Assembly: GCA_029259775.1 (NCBI GenBank)
Contig: JAJDEN010000014.1
Span: forward strand, 35,613 to 99,612
Source of the DNA: Planctomycetota bacterium
GTDB taxonomy: Bacteria > Planctomycetota > PLA2 > JAEUHO01
Reading direction: 5' to 3'
Length of the DNA stretch: 64,000 nt
Within the stretch, counting starts at the first letter, position 1, and each line of letters begins with the position of its first letter. The notes beneath the pieces were generated by a model. That model had not been told where the DNA came from. It ran no database searches and worked only from the letters and a program-made list of their open reading frames with translations. The position numbers and the translations under genes are program-made. Positions 51,694-60,470 of this stretch are shown in pieces.

Positions 51694-53640
51694 TTATCGA
51701 CTGCGCGCGATTGCCTCCACGGCGTCGGGGTTCTCGACGCTCGCGAGATCGCCCACGTCTTCGCCCAGCCAACGGCGCTTGATCACGCCGCGCACAATCT
51801 TGGCGGAGCGCGTCTTCGGCAGCATGTCGACGAAGCGCACGTCCTTCGGCCGCAGCGTCTTGCCGAGATGCGCCACCACGCTGTCGGATAGCTCGCGACG
51901 CAGCTCCTCCGACTCCACCACCCCGGGCTTCAGCACCACGAACGCCACGACGTCGGCGCCCTTGAGGTCGTCCGGTACGCCCACCGCCGCCGCCTCACTG
52001 GCCAGCGGATGCTCGACGATCGCCGCTTCCACCTCCGCGGGGCCGACGCGCTTGCCGGCGACGTTGATGGTGTCATCGCTGCGCCCATGCAGGAACCAGA
52101 AGCCGTCCTCGTCCACGAACGCCCAGTCGCCGTGGTACCAGACCGTGTCGCCGAAGCGCTCGAAGTAGGTCGCCAGGTAGCGCGCATCGTCGCCGAGGAA
52201 GCTCTTCGTCAGGCTCGGCGCCGGCTGCTTCAGCACGAGGTGGCCGAGGCCCCCGCGGATGGACTGCCCGTCCTCGTCGAAGACGTCGACATCCATGCCG
52301 AGCCCAGGACCCCGCAGCGTGCAGGGCTTGAGCGCCGTCGTCGGCAGCGGTGACAAATGACATCCGACGAGCTCCGTGCCGCCCGAGATGTTGATGATGG
52401 GGCAGCGTCCCTGGCCGACGTGCTGGAAGCACCACATCCAGGACTCGGGATCCCACGGCTCGCCCGTCGAGCCGATGATCCGCAGTGTCGAGAGGTCATG
52501 CCCCGCCGCGAGGTCATCGCCGGCGCGCCGCAGCAGCCGGATCGCCGTCGGGGCGACACCGAGATGCGTCAGCCCGTGGCGCTCGATCATCGCGAACAGC
52601 CGGTCGGGCTCGGGCCAGTTGGGCGCGCCCTCGTAGACCAGCAGCGTGGCGCCGAGCGATGCCACGCCGATCATCTCCCACGGGCCCATCATCCAGCCGA
52701 TGTCGGTGAGCCAGAAGAAGCGGTCCCCCGACTTCACGTCGAACGCGTAGCCGAGCTCTTTGTTCATCGTCGCGAGACAACCCGCGTGCGTGTGCACCGT
52801 GCCCTTTGGCTTGCCGGTCGTGCCCGACGTGTAGAGGATCATTGCGGGCGCTTCGCTCGGCAGGACCTCGGTGCGCGGATCAGGCTCCCGCGCCGACACG
52901 CGCTCGTGCCACCAGAGGTCGCGACCCGCCTCGAAGGGGACGTCCTCGCCGGTGCGCCGCAGCACGATCTGATGGCGGAGGCTCGGCACCAGCGCAACGG
53001 CTGCGTCGGCCGCCGGCTTCACGGCCGCGACCTTGCCGCGGCGGTAGCCGCCGTCCGCGGTGAAGAGGACGACCGCCTCTGCGTCGTTCAGCCGCACGGC
53101 GAGCGCGTCGCTCCCGAAGGCCGAGAAGACGGGGATCGCTACGGCGCCGACCTGGAAGCAGGCAAAGAGCGCGACGACCACCTCGGCTACCATGGGCATG
53201 AAGATGCCGACACGATCACCAGGGCCCACCCCGAGATCGCGCAGCAGGCCGGCGGCGCGGTTCACCTCCTCCTGGAGCTCGGCGTAGGTGTAGGTGCGGC
53301 TGCGGCCGTCGTCCTGTTCGCCGACGAGGGCGTCGTGGTGACCCCGGCCCCCGTCGACATGCCGGTCGAGGCAGTTGAGCACGATGTTGGTCGTGCCCCC
53401 GAGGAACCAGGACGTCCAGGGAAAGCCCCGGCTGTCGTCGTAGGTCGTTTCGTAGCGCTGGTACCAGCTGAGCCCCAGGTCCTCCAGCGCCACGTCCCAG
53501 AAGCGGCCGATGTCCTCGACCGACCAGGCATGCAGGGCCTCGTAGCTCTCCACCCCGGCCTTCTTCATCAGCCGCGTGACGTTGGCCGTGGTGCGGGCCT
53601 CCTCGGACGGCTGCCAGACGATCGGGGCGTTGTCGCTCAT
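51694..53640 (-). CDS. acetate--CoA ligase family AMP-binding enzyme
   Basis: YTSGTTGKPKG, DIGWMMG, STGEPW, GRSDDTINVAGKR, LPKTRSAKIVR. Confidence 0.93.
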   Translation of the reverse strand: MSDNAPIVWQPSEEARTTANVTRLMKKAGVESYEALHAWSVEDIGRFWDVALEDLGLSWYQRYETTYDDSRGFPWTSWFLGGTTNIVLNCLDRHVDGGRGHHDALVGEQDDGRSRTYTYAELQEEVNRAAGLLRDLGVGPGDRVGIFMPMVAEVVVALFACFQVGAVAIPVFSAFGSDALAVRLNDAEAVVLFTADGGYRRGKVAAVKPAADAAVALVPSLRHQIVLRRTGEDVPFEAGRDLWWHERVSAREPDPRTEVLPSEAPAMILYTSGTTGKPKGTVHTHAGCLATMNKELGYAFDVKSGDRFFWLTDIGWMMGPWEMIGVASLGATLLVYEGAPNWPEPDRLFAMIERHGLTHLGVAPTAIRLLRRAGDDLAAGHDLSTLRIIGSTGEPWDPESWMWCFQHVGQGRCPIINISGGTELVGCHLSPLPTTALKPCTLRGPGLGMDVDVFDEDGQSIRGGLGHLVLKQPAPSLTKSFLGDDARYLATYFERFGDTVWYHGDWAFVDEDGFWFLHGRSDDTINVAGKRVGPAEVEAAIVEHPLASEAAAVGVPDDLKGADVVAFVVLKPGVVESEELRRELSDSVVAHLGKTLRPKDVRFVDMLPKTRSAKIVRGVIKRRWLGEDVGDLASVENPDAVEAIARSR

Positions 53641-53757
53641 GCGCGTATGGAACCCCAAAGCGGTTGGCAGGACAACGCCGGGTTCCGCCTGCTTTCGGAT
53701 GGCGTTCGTAGGGGGACGGACCTCTCGCTGCGGACGCGGCTATCTTGCGGAGATCCC

Positions 53758-55077
53758 ATGCGCCTCCGTCCTGCCCTCCCGATCCTCCTGCTCGCCCTGC
53801 TGATCCTGCCGGCGCTGCCTCGCGTGGGGTCGGCCGGGCACGTCTACGACAGCGAGAAGCTGCGCATCGTCGGCGACGTGTCGGAGGAGTGGATCGACGC
53901 GGCGGCCGGCCTGGGCACCCAGCTCTACGCCGCCCTGAAGGCGCACTTCGGGCGTGAGCCCGAGGCCGACGAGCTGCCGCTGAAGCTGATCCTCTACCCG
54001 CGGCGCAGCACCTACGAGATCGCGCTGCGCAAGCAAGGCATCAAGGGCCACGCGGCGCATGCCGGCGGCTGGACCACCTGGCGACGCGGCGAGTCGCACG
54101 TCTGGGTGCAGAAGGAACCGTTCGACACGCGGCGGTTGATCCTCCACGAGCTCGTGCATCAGTTCCACGACAAGTGCCAGGCCGTGTCGCGACGTGGCCG
54201 CGGCGCGTGGTGGTACCGCGAGGGCCTGGCGGAGTGGTTTGGCTGGCACCGCCGCACGAAGAAGGGGCTCTTGTTCGGCCAGTTGGATGCGGTCGCCCTC
54301 AACAGCACGGCGCGGTACGCCGCGGCACGCAGCAAGGAGAGCGCCTTCGTCCCCTGGCGGCTCGGGATCGGCAAGGACAAGGCAAGCTACGTCGAGGCCC
54401 TCGCGCTCGTGGGCGGCATCCTCATGTCGCGAGACGGCGAGCTGAAGACGCGCTTCCAGCGCTGGGAGCGGCAGATTCTCGCCAAGGGCGGGGACCACCG
54501 TGCGTTCGAGGTGCAGTTCGCCGACCGCAAGAAGGACCTCCGCGGCGCGATTGCCGACGCCTGGGCCTCGCTCTTCGGGCAGTGGGCGCCGACGACGCTC
54601 GGGTGGGACGAGCAGGACGACGTGATCCGCGTGACCCAGCGCGAGAAGAGCGATCTCTGGCGCATGGGCACGCCGCATCTCGATCGCTGGCGTGCGGTCG
54701 TCGAGGTCGTCACCGGCACGGAGCCGAAGGCGGCGGCCGGCGTGGCAATCTCGTTCAGCCGCAAACGCTCGGTGCGGGTCTTCGCCGAGCGGGATCACGT
54801 CGTGTTGCTCGACGACCTCGGCCTCCGGCCGAGAGGCGGCGCGGCCCTCACGCGCGAGCAACGTGCGCAGCTTCCCGAGGGACGGAAGACCGTGCTCGAC
54901 GTGCGGCGCACGGCGACGGGGATCGAGGTGCATGCGACGCGCGGTGGCAAGCGCGTGACGCTGAAGCACGCCCTCCCAGGCGTGGCGTGGCGCTCCTGGG
55001 GCCTCACGGTGCGCGCTACGGGCGCGCGCTTCCGCTTCCTGCCGCGCGAGAAGGCGGCCAAGGACGACGGCAAATAG
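53758..55077 (+). CDS. secreted HExxH (DUF1570/zincin-like) protein
   Basis: Signal peptide; LILHELVHQF...WYREGLAEWF. Confidence 0.8.
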   Translation: MRLRPALPILLLALLILPALPRVGSAGHVYDSEKLRIVGDVSEEWIDAAAGLGTQLYAALKAHFGREPEADELPLKLILYPRRSTYEIALRKQGIKGHAAHAGGWTTWRRGESHVWVQKEPFDTRRLILHELVHQFHDKCQAVSRRGRGAWWYREGLAEWFGWHRRTKKGLLFGQLDAVALNSTARYAAARSKESAFVPWRLGIGKDKASYVEALALVGGILMSRDGELKTRFQRWERQILAKGGDHRAFEVQFADRKKDLRGAIADAWASLFGQWAPTTLGWDEQDDVIRVTQREKSDLWRMGTPHLDRWRAVVEVVTGTEPKAAAGVAISFSRKRSVRVFAERDHVVLLDDLGLRPRGGAALTREQRAQLPEGRKTVLDVRRTATGIEVHATRGGKRVTLKHALPGVAWRSWGLTVRATGARFRFLPREKAAKDDGK

Positions 55078-55170
55078 CGACTGCCCCCTCCCGCCAACCG
55101 TCCGTTCGGCGGTACGCTCGGCATCTCGTGGTGCCCGCATCAAGATGGGTGCCAAGCGTGGGGGTGGACG

Positions 55171-57150
55171 ATGAGCCGGCGACATTCGCTCGTGCCTTCC
55201 GGGGCATGCGTTCTCTTGGCGGTGCTCTTCCTGCTGCCCGCGCCTGCTCGCGCCGGCGACGTGAACTCGGAGGTCGAGGCAGCGTTCACGGCCGGCCAAG
55301 GCCTGCAGGCCAAGGGCGATCGCGGCAGCTTGGAGCGTGCCTTCCGCGCGCTCGACACGCGCAAGGACGAAGCGCTCGGCTCGGTCGATTACTGGACGCT
55401 CTACGCCCGCGTCTGGCACGGACTCGACAAGGGCGAGGCTGCCTTGAAGACGCTGATCGACGAACGGCAGGCGCGTGACGCGACCAACCCCGTCTTCGAT
55501 CTCGTGCGCGCGCGTCTCGCGAAGAAGCCCGGCGCGAAGCGCGCCTGGCTGACGTCTGCGATGAAGCGCAACACGAAGGACCTGCGCGCCTCGGTCGCGA
55601 TGGCCGTGTTCCGGCTCGACCAGAACGAAGAGGACGAGGCCGACGAGTTGCTTGAGGCGATCCTCGCGAAGAACGCCACCTGCGAGGGGGCGTTGCTGGC
55701 CAAGGCGCGGCTCTCCCTGTCGGACGGCATGCCCGGCGAGGCGATCGAGTTCCTCGACAAGGGCATCAGCAAGAAGCCCAGCGCGCGCCTCTACTACCTC
55801 AAGGCGCGCAGCCTGCAGCGGCTCGCCAAGACGAAGAACGACGTCCTGCCGAAGGCCCTCGACGCCTCGGTGCGAGCGCTCGGCATGGAGCCGAACGAGC
55901 GGCACATCAAGCTGTTCGATGAACTGCTCAAGGCCACGGGTGACGCGGCAACGGCCGCGAAGGCGCTCAAGGAGCACTTCGCTCGCACGAAGCACCCGAT
56001 GCTCGCGGCCTTGCTCGCGGAGTCCGCCTTCAAGGCAGGAGACTACGTCGGCGCGGTCATGGGCCTCGAGGTGGGGGACGGCTCGGACCTGAGCAGCGCG
56101 AAGGGGTTGGCGATCGCGCATGCTCGCTTAGGCAACACGGTCGAGGCGCAGCGGGCGGCGCGCAAGGTCGTTGGCATGGACTCGCAGGGCCGTCTGTTTG
56201 CCGCGCGCGTCGATCTCTACCTGGGGGATGTTGCCGGTGTGCAGGAGCGCCTGGGTTCGCTCGCCGACGAGGAAGCCAAGCGCCTCCGCGCCCTGGCCCA
56301 CGCCTGGGCTGGTGAGGCCGAAGCCGTGAAGAAGCTGGTCGGGAAGGAAGCGCGCACCGGCTCGAGGTCGGGCGAGGAACTGCTGATCGCCTGGTTCCAG
56401 GCGCGGCTGTTCGAGCAGCTCGGCCCGTCGAAGTCTGCCACGATGCGCAAGCACTTCCTGGACGCGCGCTTCGCCGCGGGCGCCAAGCCCCTGCCGCAGG
56501 GCGGGAGTTGGGGCACGAACATCGGTACGGCGAAGACCGACGGCTGGCCGGCACGCGCCGTGACGTGGTTCCGTGCTCCTTGCGGCATCTGGTTGCGCGC
56601 GGGGTCGCGCGGCTCGTCCTCGAGCATCAACATCGACGAGGACAACAAGTTCACGATCGCTACGACGATCAACGGCGAGGCCGACTGCGGCGGTACGAAG
56701 CAGGGCGGCAGCATCACGTTCAACAGCAAGACGATCGCGCGGAAGAATGGCGAGCTGCCGTTCATCGAGTTCCTCAACAACCGGAACAAGGCACTCGCCG
56801 ATTTCAAGCCGGGCGAGGCCCTCCTCACAGCGGCGTGTGCCGCGTGGATCGACGGCGATCAGGCGGCGGCGGACGCCGCCTGCGCCAAGGCGCTCAAGGT
56901 CGAGCCCGGCATGTCGCGCTTGAAGGTCCTCCGCGCCATCGCCCGCGCCCTTTCGCCGACCGGGGAGAAGAAGGCCGACGCCAAGGAAGCGGCGGAGGCC
57001 GTGAAGGTCTGGACCGACGACTTCGAGCTGCGCCGGGCCGTCATCCTCCTGCGCGCGTGGGCGGGCGACGCAGCGCTGCCTGAGGAGATCAAGGCGCTCG
57101 CCAAGCGCGAACTCGAGTTGAACGTCCGCAACATCGACTCTCTCCAATAG
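55171..57150 (+). CDS. secreted TPR-like protein
   Basis: Signal peptide ending ARA; helical TPR-like repeats. Confidence 0.8.
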   Translation: MSRRHSLVPSGACVLLAVLFLLPAPARAGDVNSEVEAAFTAGQGLQAKGDRGSLERAFRALDTRKDEALGSVDYWTLYARVWHGLDKGEAALKTLIDERQARDATNPVFDLVRARLAKKPGAKRAWLTSAMKRNTKDLRASVAMAVFRLDQNEEDEADELLEAILAKNATCEGALLAKARLSLSDGMPGEAIEFLDKGISKKPSARLYYLKARSLQRLAKTKNDVLPKALDASVRALGMEPNERHIKLFDELLKATGDAATAAKALKEHFARTKHPMLAALLAESAFKAGDYVGAVMGLEVGDGSDLSSAKGLAIAHARLGNTVEAQRAARKVVGMDSQGRLFAARVDLYLGDVAGVQERLGSLADEEAKRLRALAHAWAGEAEAVKKLVGKEARTGSRSGEELLIAWFQARLFEQLGPSKSATMRKHFLDARFAAGAKPLPQGGSWGTNIGTAKTDGWPARAVTWFRAPCGIWLRAGSRGSSSSINIDEDNKFTIATTINGEADCGGTKQGGSITFNSKTIARKNGELPFIEFLNNRNKALADFKPGEALLTAACAAWIDGDQAAADAACAKALKVEPGMSRLKVLRAIARALSPTGEKKADAKEAAEAVKVWTDDFELRRAVILLRAWAGDAALPEEIKALAKRELELNVRNIDSLQ

Positions 57151-57160
57151 AGTTTCGTCC

Positions 57161-58498
57161 ATGGCCACCCGCCTGGATGTCGACCTCACGCATGCGCTCG
57201 ACCGCACCCTCGGTGACGGCCGCGGTCTGTCGCTCGCCGCGTTGGAGGAGGCGGCCACGCGCCTGGGCGACGTGGCGGACTGGGTCGCCGGCGAGGGGGA
57301 GCGGCTCGCCTTCCTCGATCTGCCGCTGGATGCCGGGCCGGCCGACGCCGCGGTCGCCTGGGCCGCAGCGGCGCCCGAAGCGCGTGACCTGATCCTCATC
57401 GGGATCGGCGGCTCGGCGCTCTCCGCGCGCGTGTTCGACGCGATCCGTCCGGCGGAGGTGGCCGGGCCGCGGCTGCATGTGCTCGACACCGTGGATCCGC
57501 GGCCCGTGCAGGGGCTGCTGCGGACGCTCGACCCCGGCACGACCTGCTTGATCGCGGCGTCGAAGTCCGGCGCCACGCTCGAGACCCTCTCGGTGTTCCC
57601 GATCCTGGAGGCGTGGCTCCACGCGGCGCGTGGGGCCGAGGCGGCCCGTCGGATCGCTGTGGTCTGCGGCGTCGCAGCGAGTCCGCTGCGTACTCGCGCG
57701 CACGAGCGCGGCTATGCGGTGTTCGATATCCCCACGGCCGTGGGCGGTCGCTATTCCGCCCTCACACCGGTGGGCCTGCTGCCGGCCGCGTGCATCGGCT
57801 TGGACCCGCGCGCTCTGCTGGCAGGTGCCGCGGCCGCGCGGGCCCGGTGCGTGGAGCCGCGCGTGGCGGACAACCCGGCGCTGGCGTTGGCGGCGGCGCA
57901 TTGGGCGGCGGAGTCGAGCGGTCGTGGTGCGGCCGTGTTGATGCCCTACGGCGAGGCGCTCCGTCCGCTGGGACCGTGGTGGGCGCAGTTGGTCGGCGAG
58001 AGCCTGGGCAAGCCTGGACCGTCGGGGCCGGCGGGCGTGACGGCGGTCGCCGCCAGCGGTCCTGCGGACCAGCACAGCCTGCTGCAGCTGCTCGTCGAGG
58101 GACCGGACGACAAGTTGACGGTGTTCGTGGACGCGGCGGGCGACGCGGGGCCGGACGTGCCGGCGGATGCGGGTGACCTGACGTATGCGGCGGGGCAGGC
58201 GCTGGGCGCCGTGCTGGCGGCGGAGCGGGACGCGACGGAGTTCGCGTTGGCGCAGGCGGGTCGACCGTCGGTGCGCGTGCGATTGGCGGCGGCGGATGCG
58301 GAGTGTGTCGGCGCGTTCCTGATGACCTACGAGATGGCGGTCGTGTTGTGGGGGCGCCTGTTGGGCGTGGACCCGTTCGGGCAGCCGGGGGTCACGTTGG
58401 GCAAGGATGCGGCGCGTGCGGTGTTGACGGGCGAGCCGGCGGACCTTGCGGCGCGCTTGGCCAGGCATCGGGACACGGAGCGGACGAGTTCGTCGTAG
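57161..58498 (+). CDS. pgi: glucose-6-phosphate isomerase
   Basis: IGIGGSAL, SKSGATLET, VGGRYS, QLVGESLGK, DQHSLLQ, DPFGQPGV. Confidence 0.92.
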   Translation: MATRLDVDLTHALDRTLGDGRGLSLAALEEAATRLGDVADWVAGEGERLAFLDLPLDAGPADAAVAWAAAAPEARDLILIGIGGSALSARVFDAIRPAEVAGPRLHVLDTVDPRPVQGLLRTLDPGTTCLIAASKSGATLETLSVFPILEAWLHAARGAEAARRIAVVCGVAASPLRTRAHERGYAVFDIPTAVGGRYSALTPVGLLPAACIGLDPRALLAGAAAARARCVEPRVADNPALALAAAHWAAESSGRGAAVLMPYGEALRPLGPWWAQLVGESLGKPGPSGPAGVTAVAASGPADQHSLLQLLVEGPDDKLTVFVDAAGDAGPDVPADAGDLTYAAGQALGAVLAAERDATEFALAQAGRPSVRVRLAAADAECVGAFLMTYEMAVVLWGRLLGVDPFGQPGVTLGKDAARAVLTGEPADLAARLARHRDTERTSSS

Positions 58499-58518
58499 CC
58501 GAGGGGCGGCGGAGCGTC

Positions 58519-58588
58519 GTGTCCGTGTCCATGAAGTGCACGTGGCAAGCCAGGGGACGTGGAAGTCAAAGTCGACGTCAACGTGTCC
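58519..58588. repeat. hexamer-linked intergenic element, copy 2
   Basis: GTGTCCGTGTCC + GAAGTGCACGTGGCAAGCCAGGGGA + ACGTCAACGTGTCC. Confidence 0.75.
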
Positions 58589-58597
58589 AGAACCGAT

Positions 58598-58626
58598 GTA
58601 GGGGCGGATACATGATCCGCCCCTAC
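58598..58626. repeat. GTAG REP-like palindrome
   Basis: GTAGGGGCGGAT-ACATG-ATCCGCCCCTAC. Confidence 0.75.
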
Positions 58627-58760
58627 AGGCCCAAGGCCGGTGCGATCGATCCCACCCTCATGAGAGAGGGGGGGCACGCGCGGCGCGTAGCGCCGCTTGC
58701 GTGCTAGGGGGGGGATACCTCCCCCCCCTGCAGACACTGCTAAGGAAGGCCAAGCCTTCC

Positions 58761-59261
58761 TTAGAACGGAATGTCGTCGTCCGCGTAATCATCCTGCGGC
58801 GTGCCTTGCGGGGCCGCCTGCGGGGCGCCCACCGGGGCCTGACCGCGCTGGGGCTGCTGCTGTCCGCTAGCGTTGCCGCTGCTGAAGTTGCCGCCACCGC
58901 CACCCTCAGCAGAGGACTGCCTCTCTCCCGTTTGACTGTCGATGAACTGGAAGTTCTCGGCGACCACGGAGAGCTTCGAGCGGCGCTGGCCGTCCTTCTC
59001 CCAGGAATCGAACTTCAGACGGCCCTCGACGAAGAGCTGACGGCCCTTCTTCAGGTAGCGGGCGATGGTCTCGCCTGTCCGGCCCCACGCCTCGCAGTCG
59101 ATGAAGGCCGTCTCTTCGACCTTCTCGCCGCTCTGGCGGTTGTTGTAGACGCGGTTGACGGCGAGGCCGAACTGGACGACCGAAGCGCCTGACGGCAGCG
59201 AGCGGGTCTCCGGATCGCGCGTGAGGCGCCCAATGAGCATCACCTTGTTGAGGTTGGCCAT
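58761..59261 (-). CDS. ssb: single-stranded DNA-binding protein
   Basis: MANLNKVMLIGRLTRDPE...VEGRL...DDDIPF. Confidence 0.97.
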   Translation of the reverse strand: MANLNKVMLIGRLTRDPETRSLPSGASVVQFGLAVNRVYNNRQSGEKVEETAFIDCEAWGRTGETIARYLKKGRQLFVEGRLKFDSWEKDGQRRSKLSVVAENFQFIDSQTGERQSSAEGGGGGNFSSGNASGQQQPQRGQAPVGAPQAAPQGTPQDDYADDDIPF

Positions 59262-59402
59262 GATTCAACTCCGACACGGGGAGAGCAGAGGGCGACTCCG
59301 GCGATTCAGGCAAGCAGCCTGTTCAGGCACCGGTGATTCCCGTCTCCCGAGGGTTCTAGCGGTCACGTATGATGGTAGCCCTTGGCCCCGACAGGAGCTC
59401 CC

Positions 59403-59777
59403 ATGACCGACGAACGCCGGACAAATCAGCGCGTAGCCGCCCAGGGACCGTGCACGATCCGCGATGCGGACGGGACCGAGCGGCCTTTTGAGCTGATCGA
59501 CCTGTCCGAGAGCGGCGCCCGACTGCGCTGCAGCGACCCCATCGGGGCCATGACGCGCATCCACGTGGCGATGAACCTCCCCGGACCTCGGATCGGCCAA
59601 GACGCCGACATCCAACTCGAGACCGTGGGCGTGATCGTCTGGAGCCACCGGACCGCCGCACCGGCCGACGCCCCGCAGGGAGAGGACGGAGCCTTCTACG
59701 ACACAGGCGTCTTCTTCCCGGAGCTCAGCGAAGAGAGCGCCGCCCTGCTCCAGGCCTACGTCCTGAGTGCAGCCTAG
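59403..59777 (+). CDS. PilZ domain protein
   Basis: ERRTNQR (RxxxR) and DLSESG (DxSxxG); AGGAG RBS. Confidence 0.88.
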   Translation: MTDERRTNQRVAAQGPCTIRDADGTERPFELIDLSESGARLRCSDPIGAMTRIHVAMNLPGPRIGQDADIQLETVGVIVWSHRTAAPADAPQGEDGAFYDTGVFFPELSEESAALLQAYVLSAA

Positions 59778-59799
59778 GCCCGCCCGGGACCCTCTCACC

Positions 59800-60384
59800 G
59801 TGGCTGAGGCGCACGTACATCCGACCGCCGTCATCGACGAAGGCGCCGTGCTCGGGCCCGACGTCCGGGTCTGGCACTGGGTCCACGTGTGCCCGGGCGC
59901 CACCGTCGGCGCCGGCTCCGTGCTCGGGCAGAACGTCTTCGTCGCACCGGGCGTGCGGATCGGCGCGGGCTGCCGGCTGCAGAACAACGTCTCCCTCTTC
60001 GACGGCGTCACGCTCGAGGACGAGGTGTTCGTCGGCCCGTCGGCCGTCTTCACCAACGTGACCAATCCCCGCGCCCACGTCAGCCGCAAGGACCAGTTCG
60101 CGGCCACGCTGGTCAAGCGACGCGCGACCCTGGGGGCCAACTGCACGATCGTCTGCGGCGTCACGATCGGCGAGGGGGCCTTCATCGGCGCCGGCGCGGT
60201 CGTGACCCGGGACGTGCCGGCCCGGGTCCAGGCCGTGGGCAATCCCGCGCGTCCGGCGGGATTCCGCTGCGATTGCGGTGAGGCCTTGGGCGGCCCGTCG
60301 ACCGATGATGGAGGAGCGTTTGCCTGCACGAGCTGCGGCGCGCGCTACACCCACCGCAGCGACGGCGGACTCGACCTGAGGTAG
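59800..60384 (+). CDS. hexapeptide N-acetyltransferase (WbpD-like)
   Basis: HPTAVIDEGA, LGQNVFV, FVGPSAVFTNVTNPRA, GANCTIVCG; C-terminal Zn ribbon. Confidence 0.9.
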   Translation: MAEAHVHPTAVIDEGAVLGPDVRVWHWVHVCPGATVGAGSVLGQNVFVAPGVRIGAGCRLQNNVSLFDGVTLEDEVFVGPSAVFTNVTNPRAHVSRKDQFAATLVKRRATLGANCTIVCGVTIGEGAFIGAGAVVTRDVPARVQAVGNPARPAGFRCDCGEALGGPSTDDGGAFACTSCGARYTHRSDGGLDLR

Positions 60385-60395
60385 GGCGGGCGACC

Positions 60396-60437
60396 TGGCC
60401 TAGGATCGGTGGCCTAGGATCGGTGGCCTGGGATGGC
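60396..60437. repeat. 3 x 14-bp tandem repeat TGGCCTAGGATCGG upstream of pilD
   Basis: Two perfect copies and one degenerate copy. Confidence 0.75.
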
Positions 60438-60470
60438 CGCGTAGCACCGGATCGGAGCCAGCCCCCCTCG

